A stretch of DNA of 64,000 nt from a virus. Positions within the stretch are counted from its first letter, which is position 1, and each line of letters begins with the position of its first letter. Under the pieces are notes generated by a model. That model did not search any database. It was not told the DNA's origin and saw nothing but the letters and a program-made list of their open reading frames with translations. Location of the stretch: IMG/VR virus record IMGVR_UViG_3300045988_172839, positions 1 to 64,000 of that record; one strand, 5' to 3'. The position numbers and the translations under genes were made by a program. Shown piece after piece: positions 26,373 to 33,909 of this stretch.

Positions 26373-28211
26373 TCAAATTTCATAGTTAAGAGTTTGCAAC
26401 ATTTCTACAACCACTGCTTTCAGCTCTCGTTGATGATCTAAAAAGGCTTTAACTTCGCTATTTGGAACTTCTTTTAAGTCTTTTAGTTGGTGGAAACCTA
26501 AGTCCACTGCACTTGTTAGGCGCACTTCCGAGTTTACTCGGCGATTGCGGATACCCTCTAAATAGAACTTTTCTAAATGCTCATATACTTCTCTAAACAA
26601 AGGTAACAAATCAGGAGAGTTTAAGGCATCTTCAATTACTTCTCGGTAAAACTGAGGGTAAGCACCCTTGGATACCCAGAGGTTATAATCGTTCATTAAA
26701 GCAGTTCTTGACTCAGTATCGGTATTCGCTTCAATCGCTTGTTTGACTTTATCCTCAGACACAAAGAAGAATGGATTGACATAGTTTTCCTTATTAATGT
26801 AACCTACATCTCTCAAAGACAAACCATAAAGTTCACGGTTGATAAAGAAAAGTAAAGCAAAGTTCGGATAAATCTTGTTCCAAACCTCATCAAACTTAGG
26901 AACCTTAGTTTGAGAAGTTGCTACTTCTACTGGGATATCTCTTACAAACTTCAAAGCGTACAAGTAAGTCAACATTGGGAAATACTCTTCTTTAATTGAC
27001 CTAGTTGCTCGACTTTCCATACTGAATATCTCACAAGTTGTAACTAAGTTCTTAGCTAAACTTAAATAAGACAAGCTAGAGAATTGAAACACACCTAAAG
27101 GAGTGTATTGTCTTGGGGATAAGTCGTTTGAAACGATGTTTCCTTTACTATCAAGTTGTTGCAAGGAAATGTGGTTTCGAGTATGGATACCCTTGACCAA
27201 ATCACTCGCAGTCTTCCTACGAGTTTTTAAGTAAAGAGGTTGAGTATAGAGTAAATCTCCACTAGGAGAGTAAACAGGTAAGTCAACCAAGTCTTTAGAA
27301 CCTTTTTGATTTGTAGACCAACGTGTAGTACACAAATAGCTTGAGCTTACATCAGCACTACCTTGAAAATCAGCAAGGGGAGACATAAAGCCACTATGAA
27401 ACTCAAAGTCCGTTGCGTAATCTTTCCGAACTTCAAAAGTTCTGTGATTCAAAAGAAACGAAACTGGAACCATCCAAATTAACTCTGCTTGTGTTAAGTG
27501 ATGCACTTGCACCAAGTTCTTTACTTGCCACATGAACTGACTATATAAGTCGGCTGCGTAACCTTTCAATCTCAAAGAACTTAGGCGCTTGGCGACCGGT
27601 GTGGATACCCCTCTAGTAGAATAAGGAGGGTTCATCAAAATGATGAGTTTTTTATTGTTCTGTAAAACCTTCTGCAAGCTCTCTGGGAGTTGTCTTGAGA
27701 AATTTTGAATAAGTGGCGAATCTGTAGAGCCTAAGAAGTCTAATTGAAAGACTGTTGTTTCTAAATCCGGACGCTCTTTTTCAAATCGCTCTTTTGTTAA
27801 ACGAACATCTTCTTCATGAAGAGTAGACAAGTACACGTGCTTACAATTAGGAAACTCAATCAAGAGGTTGCCTGTGCCACATGATGCGTCCCAAACTACA
27901 TAGTCTTCTAAATTGGGAATATCACTTAGGAGTTCATGAGCTTTTCTACCCCAAAACAAAGGAGTGTAGAAAGAACCTTCCAACTCTCGCTCTTGTTTGG
28001 ACATGCCCAAATCTTTTACAGAGTGACTTGTATCTAATAAACCTACCGATTTAAGAAGCTTTTGATTATTTTCTAAAAACAAAGCTTGCTCTTCAGTAGT
28101 ATCTTCTGAATTAACTTGGACACTAAGAGAACCTTCTCCTTCAACATATTTGTCGAAAAATGCAGTTAGATACCGCAGTAACTCTTGTCCTTTTTGACCT
28201 AATTTAACCAA
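26373..28211 (-). CDS. N6-adenine DNA methyltransferase (gamma-type motif order) with large C-terminal target-recognition region; no cognate nuclease seen
   Basis: 612 aa. Motif I is VWDASCGTGNLL. About 85 aa downstream is motif IV, LIILMNPPYS. The remaining ~400 aa are uncharacterised. Confidence 0.8.
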   Translation of the reverse strand: MVKLGQKGQELLRYLTAFFDKYVEGEGSLSVQVNSEDTTEEQALFLENNQKLLKSVGLLDTSHSVKDLGMSKQERELEGSFYTPLFWGRKAHELLSDIPNLEDYVVWDASCGTGNLLIEFPNCKHVYLSTLHEEDVRLTKERFEKERPDLETTVFQLDFLGSTDSPLIQNFSRQLPESLQKVLQNNKKLIILMNPPYSTRGVSTPVAKRLSSLRLKGYAADLYSQFMWQVKNLVQVHHLTQAELIWMVPVSFLLNHRTFEVRKDYATDFEFHSGFMSPLADFQGSADVSSSYLCTTRWSTNQKGSKDLVDLPVYSPSGDLLYTQPLYLKTRRKTASDLVKGIHTRNHISLQQLDSKGNIVSNDLSPRQYTPLGVFQFSSLSYLSLAKNLVTTCEIFSMESRATRSIKEEYFPMLTYLYALKFVRDIPVEVATSQTKVPKFDEVWNKIYPNFALLFFINRELYGLSLRDVGYINKENYVNPFFFVSEDKVKQAIEANTDTESRTALMNDYNLWVSKGAYPQFYREVIEDALNSPDLLPLFREVYEHLEKFYLEGIRNRRVNSEVRLTSAVDLGFHQLKDLKEVPNSEVKAFLDHQRELKAVVVEMLQTLNYEI

Positions 28212-28214
28212 GTT

Positions 28215-28505
28215 TTAACCACCTAAAATGCTTTCCACAAATAAAAACTCAGGTATTTTCCCTGTTCGCTCATAATACACCATAGTCGCTTTAGTTGGTA
28301 CAACCAAAACTGTTACCTTTTCGTGTACTAAATCCTTTAAAACACCCTCTGGTATTGGCTCTACAACCACGTCATAAGCACCTTGATTTAACTTACGAGT
28401 TAAATCTATTCGAGTTTGTAAGTCTACTGTATCTTCAATGTAAACGTTAGGATTTGTAGTCTTCCACTCCAATACCACATATCGTTTATCAACCACAAGC
28501 ATCAT
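28215..28505 (-). CDS. Hypothetical protein
   Basis: 96-aa ORF, 3 nt upstream-adjacent to the methyltransferase gene. Confidence 0.5.
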   Translation of the reverse strand: MMLVVDKRYVVLEWKTTNPNVYIEDTVDLQTRIDLTRKLNQGAYDVVVEPIPEGVLKDLVHEKVTVLVVPTKATMVYYERTGKIPEFLFVESILGG

Positions 28506-28537
28506 CTAAATCTCACCACCTGTCTAATCTGTCTAAA

Positions 28538-29137
28538 CTACAATGTGTAACCTAATAAATCTCTACGGTAAATGTTGAAAATTTCGAGATACCGCAATAT
28601 CAAATCCTCAGAACCTACGCTCAATCCAAGAATAGTCAAATAACCATCAAAATCTAAGACAATATCTAACTCTGCGTAAAATTCTTCTAAGTTTTCATAT
28701 CGATCACAAATAGTTGGAATAATATCCTCAACCATTGGAACTGCTAATGAAGTTAAATACTGCTCTAAGGTTAAATTCTCTTTTACCTTCTGCAACTCAG
28801 ACTTAAACAAGTTAAATCGAGACTGAAATTCACTATCCGAAATCTCAACCGAAATTTTATCTAAGTCGTAAAAGTCAGAAATGAACTCAGACTTCCAATC
28901 AAACTCAGTCACTAAACGCTCAAAAAAGCTATAACTAAACTGAGTTAGACCTAGCACCTCACAAAAGGTTACTGCACGTTGGTAATATAACCCTCGGCAG
29001 AATGGGTTAGGACACTTCAACACAGATAAATCTAAGCTCAGTTCATACTTTAAATTACAATGACTGCACGTTTTTGGGAAAAGATACCCTACTTCTGAGG
29101 AAATTCCAACTTCTTTTAATCTTTGTTCTACACTCAT
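28538..29137 (-). CDS. Stand-alone protein resembling the Zn-finger/HhH segment of NAD-dependent DNA ligase
   Basis: 199 aa. The pattern CSHC-x14-CPNPFC followed by ...FCEVLGLTQFSYSFFERLV...DFYDL parallels the LigA C-x2-C-x14-C-x5-C finger plus the first HhH region, from memory. Confidence 0.4.
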   Translation of the reverse strand: MSVEQRLKEVGISSEVGYLFPKTCSHCNLKYELSLDLSVLKCPNPFCRGLYYQRAVTFCEVLGLTQFSYSFFERLVTEFDWKSEFISDFYDLDKISVEISDSEFQSRFNLFKSELQKVKENLTLEQYLTSLAVPMVEDIIPTICDRYENLEEFYAELDIVLDFDGYLTILGLSVGSEDLILRYLEIFNIYRRDLLGYTL

Positions 29138-29141
29138 CTAT

Positions 29142-29429
29142 TTACCAATCCTTATCAGGGAAAGCCCCTGTGTAACTAATTTTCACTAAAATCGTAGCAC
29201 TTTGCAAAGTGGCTGAACCATAACGATTTAATTCACTTAAGAAAAACCTCAATGTCACATCATCAATTTGATTAAAATGCGTGAAAACCGCTTCGTATAG
29301 ACTACCTGTTGTAAAAGTTGATAACTCACCCCAAGCGCAAGGATTACCTTCTGTAGCTTGTGTGTACGTCCTTACTGTAATTACTGTTGACATCTTCTTC
29401 TCCTTTCTAACTAATTTTATAACGGTCAA
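29142..29429 (-). CDS. Hypothetical protein
   Basis: 95-aa ORF. RBS AAAGGAGAAG precedes the ATG. Confidence 0.5.
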   Translation of the reverse strand: MTVIKLVRKEKKMSTVITVRTYTQATEGNPCAWGELSTFTTGSLYEAVFTHFNQIDDVTLRFFLSELNRYGSATLQSATILVKISYTGAFPDKDW

Positions 29430-29460
29430 TTTAAACTATTTTACCACAAATCCTTAATTT

Positions 29461-29506
29461 GTGCAACAAAACAAAAGAAAAGTGAGAACTGAAGTTCAAT
29501 CACTTT
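29461..29506 (-). terminator. Terminator-like hairpin in the 29430-29577 intergenic region
   Basis: The minus strand reads AAAGTGA, a 14-nt loop, TCACTTT, then TCTTTTGTTTTGTT. Confidence 0.5.
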
Positions 29507-29535
29507 CTTTGTATGTGTTATGCAGTCTGTTGTTT

Positions 29536-29564
29536 AGTATAGCAAACCTTAGTAGGTTTGTCAA
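29536..29564 (-). promoter_or_regulatory. Sigma-A-like promoter
   Basis: The minus strand reads TTGACA, a 17-nt spacer, then TATACT. The spacer contains the inverted repeat CAAACCT-acta-AGGTTTG. Confidence 0.5.
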
Positions 29565-29577
29565 GGAAACCAACTAA

Positions 29578-29976
29578 TTAGTCCGAAACTTTGACCGTCT
29601 CTGTCATATTTCCCAACAAAGCAAGAGCTACTTCGTCAGACTCAATAGAAGTTGCAGACTTAATCTTGTTGATTTTATCTTGGACTTCTTCTGCAGAGTC
29701 CGTTTCAGAAACTACAGGTCTTTCTCGATACCGAACATCGACTACTGATTTTCCCATAAGGTGAGCTAGTTTATAATCTTCATCCTTATCCACAAAAACA
29801 ACATTAGAATTGTAGGTAGCGGTTGGGTTATCTTTTAAGTAAGCTACAATTTTAGACTCATCTACGTTTAGAGGATTTGTACCTAGTGGGATTGAAGGTT
29901 GAACTACTGTTGTTTGAGGTGTAACCCAAATTGGAGATACCCAAAGTAAGAATTGTAGCAATAATTTAACGAACAT
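29578..29976 (-). CDS. Hypothetical secreted protein
   Basis: 132 aa. Signal-like N-terminus MFVKLLLQFLLWVSPIWVTPQ. Confidence 0.5.
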   Translation of the reverse strand: MFVKLLLQFLLWVSPIWVTPQTTVVQPSIPLGTNPLNVDESKIVAYLKDNPTATYNSNVVFVDKDEDYKLAHLMGKSVVDVRYRERPVVSETDSAEEVQDKINKIKSATSIESDEVALALLGNMTETVKVSD

Positions 29977-30277
29977 TTTGAACCTCCTTAATCTTCTTCA
30001 AAATCAATTCGTACTTGGTGCTAAACTTCTGCCACACACCATAAGGAACTAAATCAAATGCAATGCAGTCTTTTGCGGTTAATTGAGGTAACTTATCCCA
30101 CAAAGAGTCATATAGAGCTTGACTATATTCATGAACCAATTTGTTTTTATCTGCTTTTGCTTCTTCTAGTTCAAGCTCTGTTGTTGCTTGGAATACCCAA
30201 TCGTTAGCGTTACGGTAACGCTCGTTGTAGTCTTCTATTAGTCTGTCTAAATCATTGTAAAGCATATTAAATACCAC
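29966..30277 (-). CDS. Hypothetical protein
   Basis: 103-aa ORF that overlaps both neighbours. Confidence 0.5.
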   Translation of the reverse strand: MVFNMLYNDLDRLIEDYNERYRNANDWVFQATTELELEEAKADKNKLVHEYSQALYDSLWDKLPQLTAKDCIAFDLVPYGVWQKFSTKYELILKKIKEVQNVR

Positions 30278-30680
30278 TTTCTAAGTTTATTAAATTAGTT
30301 GGAACTGTTGCAGAAATCAAAAGGAAACCTATCAAAGAAACAACTGCAACTACTAAAACCATAAATAATGAGAAGATTGAAAAGGTCATATTGTCATAAG
30401 GCTCTGGTTCATTTGTTTCAACGAGTACAGTAAAACCAACGGATACCAAATAAATGAAACTAAAACCTATAAAATAAGTTAAGTTTAGAGGTTGCAAAGT
30501 TTGGGAGTCAGAAACTTTAAATATATGTGTAATTAAGGTCGGAAAGTTCTCAATAAAACTAGGTATGAAGCTAGTAAGGAGAAAAATAAGAACTAAAGTT
30601 AAAAGCACCCCTGTACTTCGTTTTCTAGTATTATACCAAGTCTTGAAACTTGATTTAGTCAATAAGGTTTGATTAGTCAT
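30267..30680 (-). CDS. Hypothetical membrane protein
   Basis: 137 aa with 3-4 hydrophobic segments. Confidence 0.5.
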   Translation of the reverse strand: MTNQTLLTKSSFKTWYNTRKRSTGVLLTLVLIFLLTSFIPSFIENFPTLITHIFKVSDSQTLQPLNLTYFIGFSFIYLVSVGFTVLVETNEPEPYDNMTFSIFSLFMVLVVAVVSLIGFLLISATVPTNLINLESGI

Positions 30681-31476
30681 TTAAGAATCGCTTTCTAGTA
30701 AATTCTCCAAAGATCGACTCCAAAGCAGTTTTAGTATTTATGTTGTTACAATCCTTGGGATAATAATGAACCAATAGGTTTAGAAAACCTAACAACAAAT
30801 TGGATTTAGGTATATTTTTATCCACTGTTTCAACAAAGTAACGAACATCAAATTGGAAATAACTTGGATTGATATAGGGCGAAAGTGTGGATACTGCAAG
30901 TTCATAAGGTTTAATCTTATATCCAAAACCTTTTAAAAGGTTATCTAAATCGAAATATGCGCCTTCTGAGACTCCCAAAGCAAGTCCATTGTCAAATATA
31001 GGGGCGAACCTAATAGAACCATTAGAAGCTAAAATAATACCGAAATTAGAGAGGTGTCGGTCGGTATTTCTAAACATCACATCTAAAGTCAACAATCTTA
31101 GGAGTTCAAATCGGAAGGATTGTCCTACTGTTTGTTGGAAAACGGAGTCGATAAAATCTAACTTGGAGTTGAATCCTACTAGTGGTTTGGAAGGAGGATA
31201 AGTTAAAAAAGCTAACTCTTTGAAGGAAATAAATTGTTCACCTTCTTGTAAGAAGTTTGGAGACACACAAACTTTTAAATCCAAAACCCCAGAAGAATAA
31301 TCGAAATCATAAAGCACATAGTCAGAAGACACTAAATTAGAACAAGAACCTAAAAAAGCAGACACCAAAACTTCAGCTAAGGCTTCTCCGCCTCGCAAAT
31401 CTTCTTTGTACCAATAATCACCATTTGGAGAAGTATATTTAGGTTGGTACCCTGCGCTTGCTGCGGTTTTAAACAT
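30673..31476 (-). CDS. HipA-C-terminal-type Ser/Thr kinase lacking the HipA N-terminal subdomain (HipT-like)
   Basis: 267 aa. A Gly-rich loop sits at the extreme N-terminus (AASAGYQPKY, compare GxQxK). The catalytic motif is FRNTDRHLSNFGII and the Mg motif is APIFDNG. Confidence 0.75.
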   Translation of the reverse strand: MFKTAASAGYQPKYTSPNGDYWYKEDLRGGEALAEVLVSAFLGSCSNLVSSDYVLYDFDYSSGVLDLKVCVSPNFLQEGEQFISFKELAFLTYPPSKPLVGFNSKLDFIDSVFQQTVGQSFRFELLRLLTLDVMFRNTDRHLSNFGIILASNGSIRFAPIFDNGLALGVSEGAYFDLDNLLKGFGYKIKPYELAVSTLSPYINPSYFQFDVRYFVETVDKNIPKSNLLLGFLNLLVHYYPKDCNNINTKTALESIFGEFTRKRFLND

Positions 31477-31798
31477 ACTTCCACCTCCTCATAGAACAAT
31501 CTAGGAAGTAAGAATATACCGAAATTTCATCTTCCAGTGTACGACACCAACTAGGGTAACACTCGCTTCTATTAGCGCGTGAGTCTGTTATAGTCAAATG
31601 TTCTTTCATCCATTGTCTTATTTCTTCTGAGGTAGATTGTTCACTCAAGTTAAGCAAAGTGAACCTGTGATGAATGTTCTCAGATTTAACAAGCGTGAAG
31701 TGATACCCTTGTGGGGTTTTAGTGACATAACCTAACAAATCTTCAAAGCAATAAATTTCTAAGCGAGAGTAAGTCTCTCCGTTCGATAGTTTGAACAT
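31469..31798 (-). CDS. Small protein translationally coupled to the HipA-like kinase (candidate HipS-like partner)
   Basis: 109 aa. It overlaps the kinase start by 8 nt. Its size and position match the HipS/HipT split arrangement. I did not establish any sequence similarity. Confidence 0.45.
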   Translation of the reverse strand: MFKLSNGETYSRLEIYCFEDLLGYVTKTPQGYHFTLVKSENIHHRFTLLNLSEQSTSEEIRQWMKEHLTITDSRANRSECYPSWCRTLEDEISVYSYFLDCSMRRWKYV

Positions 31799-31799
31799 T

Positions 31800-32294
31800 T
31801 TACCTCCAATCAGGCAAACCTTGTTTTAAATCTTTTTCTTTTGTAACAGTCATTATAAAATAAGATTCTGGACGTTTCTTACCAAGAAATGAGAGTTCAA
31901 ACTTGAAAACAATCAAAGGGGAAACATGAGAACCATAATCAATGACTCTAGGTTCTGCATCTGAAAACTTACTGAAACAAACATCTACAGTAAGACCTCG
32001 TTCAGACTTAACAGTACCATACTTGTAGAAACCATCAGTATCTGTGTCTAATGCTAATACCTCATTGAAAATCAAATCAATTTGACTTCTAACCGTTTCT
32101 TTGTTTTCCGTGAAATCTGCAAAAGTAGTATTCGGAGTTAAAGCACTAAAAGTAAAACCATCAAAATAAGTACAAAAATCCGTGAAAAGCCTATATAACT
32201 CTTCGTAGTTGATTTCATCAAGAATGTAACTATCCCCCAAAGACTGATACGGATAAGTGAATGTTGCTATTGCTTTTTCTTTACTGACTTTCAT
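31800..32294 (-). CDS. Hypothetical protein
   Basis: 164-aa ORF. RBS GGAGG and promoter 32321-32349 lie upstream. It ends 1 nt before the next gene. Confidence 0.55.
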   Translation of the reverse strand: MKVSKEKAIATFTYPYQSLGDSYILDEINYEELYRLFTDFCTYFDGFTFSALTPNTTFADFTENKETVRSQIDLIFNEVLALDTDTDGFYKYGTVKSERGLTVDVCFSKFSDAEPRVIDYGSHVSPLIVFKFELSFLGKKRPESYFIMTVTKEKDLKQGLPDWR

Positions 32295-32320
32295 AAACCT
32301 AAACCTCCTAAATTTTCTTT

Positions 32321-32349
32321 ATTATACCACAAAAACCTTAATAAATCAA
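32321..32349 (-). promoter_or_regulatory. Sigma-A-like promoter
   Basis: The minus strand reads TTGATT, a 17-nt spacer, then TGgTATAAT. Confidence 0.6.
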
Positions 32350-32350
32350 G

Positions 32351-32372
32351 AAAAGGAGAACTTCTGTTCCCC
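32351..32372 (-). terminator. Intrinsic terminator after the 32386..33120 gene
   Basis: The minus strand reads GGGGAAC-agaa-GTTCTCC followed by TTTTCTTG. Confidence 0.6.
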
Positions 32373-32385
32373 TTAAACGTTTATT

Positions 32386-33120
32386 TTAAAATACTTCAAG
32401 GTCTTTTTCCAGTTTTTCGGAAGTTGGGATACCCAAAACCTCAGTGGCGAAAATAGTATTTGCTGCAAGTACATAAGGTGTTACATACAAACCAAGTAAC
32501 CCACCTGTTGCAAACACACCTAGAACCCACCAAAAGAAACTCATGTTTTGTACGAACAAAGTCATTTTATGACCTTTCATCTTCTGCTTACTTTCTTTAA
32601 GAAGTGCAAACAAACCAAGTTCTTCATTTGTTTTTGCTAGATAAACCGCTAATGCGTACTCATAAGTTTTTATCAAACCAATGAACCCACCAAAGATCAA
32701 TAAAGCAACACCAAGCCAAAATAGTATACCAAAGCTATTTGACACCAAAGCAGCGACAATTAGACCGATACCAACTACATAAGGTAAGAAGAACCACAGA
32801 CCAATCATAAAACCAGCTAACAAAGCTGTTTTAAAGGTGTGAGCAGTCAGACTACCAAACATATCCGAAATCTTACGACCTAACTGTTTTTCTACTAGGT
32901 GGTGTTTCGTTAAAATGTCAAATAGATAAAGACTTGCACATAGTTCATAGAGCAAAGTTAGTCCAGAGATAGCTGAGGATACCCCTGTGGCACTTTCGTT
33001 AAACGCAAAAGCTAAGTTTACTAAAACAAGTACCAAACATGGTAGACCTAAAGCCAACCACAAATTGTCTTCAGCAATCATCTGTTTAGCTTGCTTTTTA
33101 ATTTCTTGTCTGGATTTCAT
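32386..33120 (-). CDS. Integral membrane protein (DUF975-like pattern)
   Basis: 244 aa with at least 5 TM segments. The N-terminus MKSRQEIKKQAKQMI... resembles the DUF975 family as I recall it. It is monocistronic, with its own promoter and terminator. Confidence 0.5.
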   Translation of the reverse strand: MKSRQEIKKQAKQMIAEDNLWLALGLPCLVLVLVNLAFAFNESATGVSSAISGLTLLYELCASLYLFDILTKHHLVEKQLGRKISDMFGSLTAHTFKTALLAGFMIGLWFFLPYVVGIGLIVAALVSNSFGILFWLGVALLIFGGFIGLIKTYEYALAVYLAKTNEELGLFALLKESKQKMKGHKMTLFVQNMSFFWWVLGVFATGGLLGLYVTPYVLAANTIFATEVLGIPTSEKLEKDLEVF

Positions 33121-33155
33121 AAAATCAAGACCTCCTAAATTTTCATAATAGATAT

Positions 33156-33184
33156 AGTATAACAGAACTTATAAGTATTTGCAA
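33156..33184 (-). promoter_or_regulatory. Sigma-A-like promoter
   Basis: The minus strand reads TTGCAA, a 17-nt spacer, then TATACT. RBS GGAGG follows. Confidence 0.55.
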
Positions 33185-33203
33185 TAAATTTATTAAATAT
33201 AGC

Positions 33204-33229
33204 AAAAAGAAAGAGAGGTTTACCTCTCT
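33204..33229 (-). terminator. Intrinsic terminator after 33235..33906
   Basis: The minus strand reads AGAGAGG-taaa-CCTCTCT followed by TTCTTTTTG. Confidence 0.65.
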
Positions 33230-33234
33230 TTTAC

Positions 33235-33906
33235 TTAAATTTCAACAAAAGACTTATCGTAAACAGAACTTCCTTTCAACATCAGCTCTAACATCTTATC
33301 TGTGTCACCATCAAGCTCGTAGAAATCTAACCCACGGTCAATCTCCGTACCATCTGCGGTTTCAATTACATAGTGGTAAGTTGCACCTTTAAGATAGTCA
33401 TTATAAATTGCTAACACATAGTTTACCATATCTAAAATATCACGCTCAATAGATTTTGTAATACGCTTAGTGTCATACCATCGGTAAATTTCGTCACGTG
33501 TTGCGAAGGCGAAACCTACAAAATCTCTATGTGGTTCATATTCAGTTGTAAATTTAAGAGTTGGATAGTAGTCTAAAGACATTGTAGGTTCACTAAATAA
33601 TGGAACTGCATAAACATTAGCAGTCTTATAGAAAGATTCAACCAGCTTATCTACAAACTCTATTAAATCACGACTCTTCAAACGTAATTGTTCTGTAAAA
33701 CCAACCTTAATGTAATCATCTATAAATTCAGCCATCTTTGGATATCTATGAGGTTGTATTGAAGTAAACTCAGGAAACCATGTGAAATATCTACACAAAG
33801 TTCGAGTCCACTCTTCACTCAACGGAACAACATTTGGCTCGTCTCTGTAAATTGTCATTATGTCGCCAGAGTTGTTTTTCAACTCAAAATAAATCTCTTT
33901 TTCCAT
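33235..33906 (-). CDS. Hypothetical protein
   Basis: 223-aa ORF, 3 nt after the upstream gene. Confidence 0.55.
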   Translation of the reverse strand: MEKEIYFELKNNSGDIMTIYRDEPNVVPLSEEWTRTLCRYFTWFPEFTSIQPHRYPKMAEFIDDYIKVGFTEQLRLKSRDLIEFVDKLVESFYKTANVYAVPLFSEPTMSLDYYPTLKFTTEYEPHRDFVGFAFATRDEIYRWYDTKRITKSIERDILDMVNYVLAIYNDYLKGATYHYVIETADGTEIDRGLDFYELDGDTDKMLELMLKGSSVYDKSFVEI

Positions 33907-33909
33907 AAA

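Noticed and set aside
31441-31460. GGTACC (KpnI-type palindrome) and similar near-matches (GATACT, AATACC, CATACC) as variant motif copies
   Set aside because: They occur at roughly background frequency and on no preferred strand, so I excluded them from the motif count.
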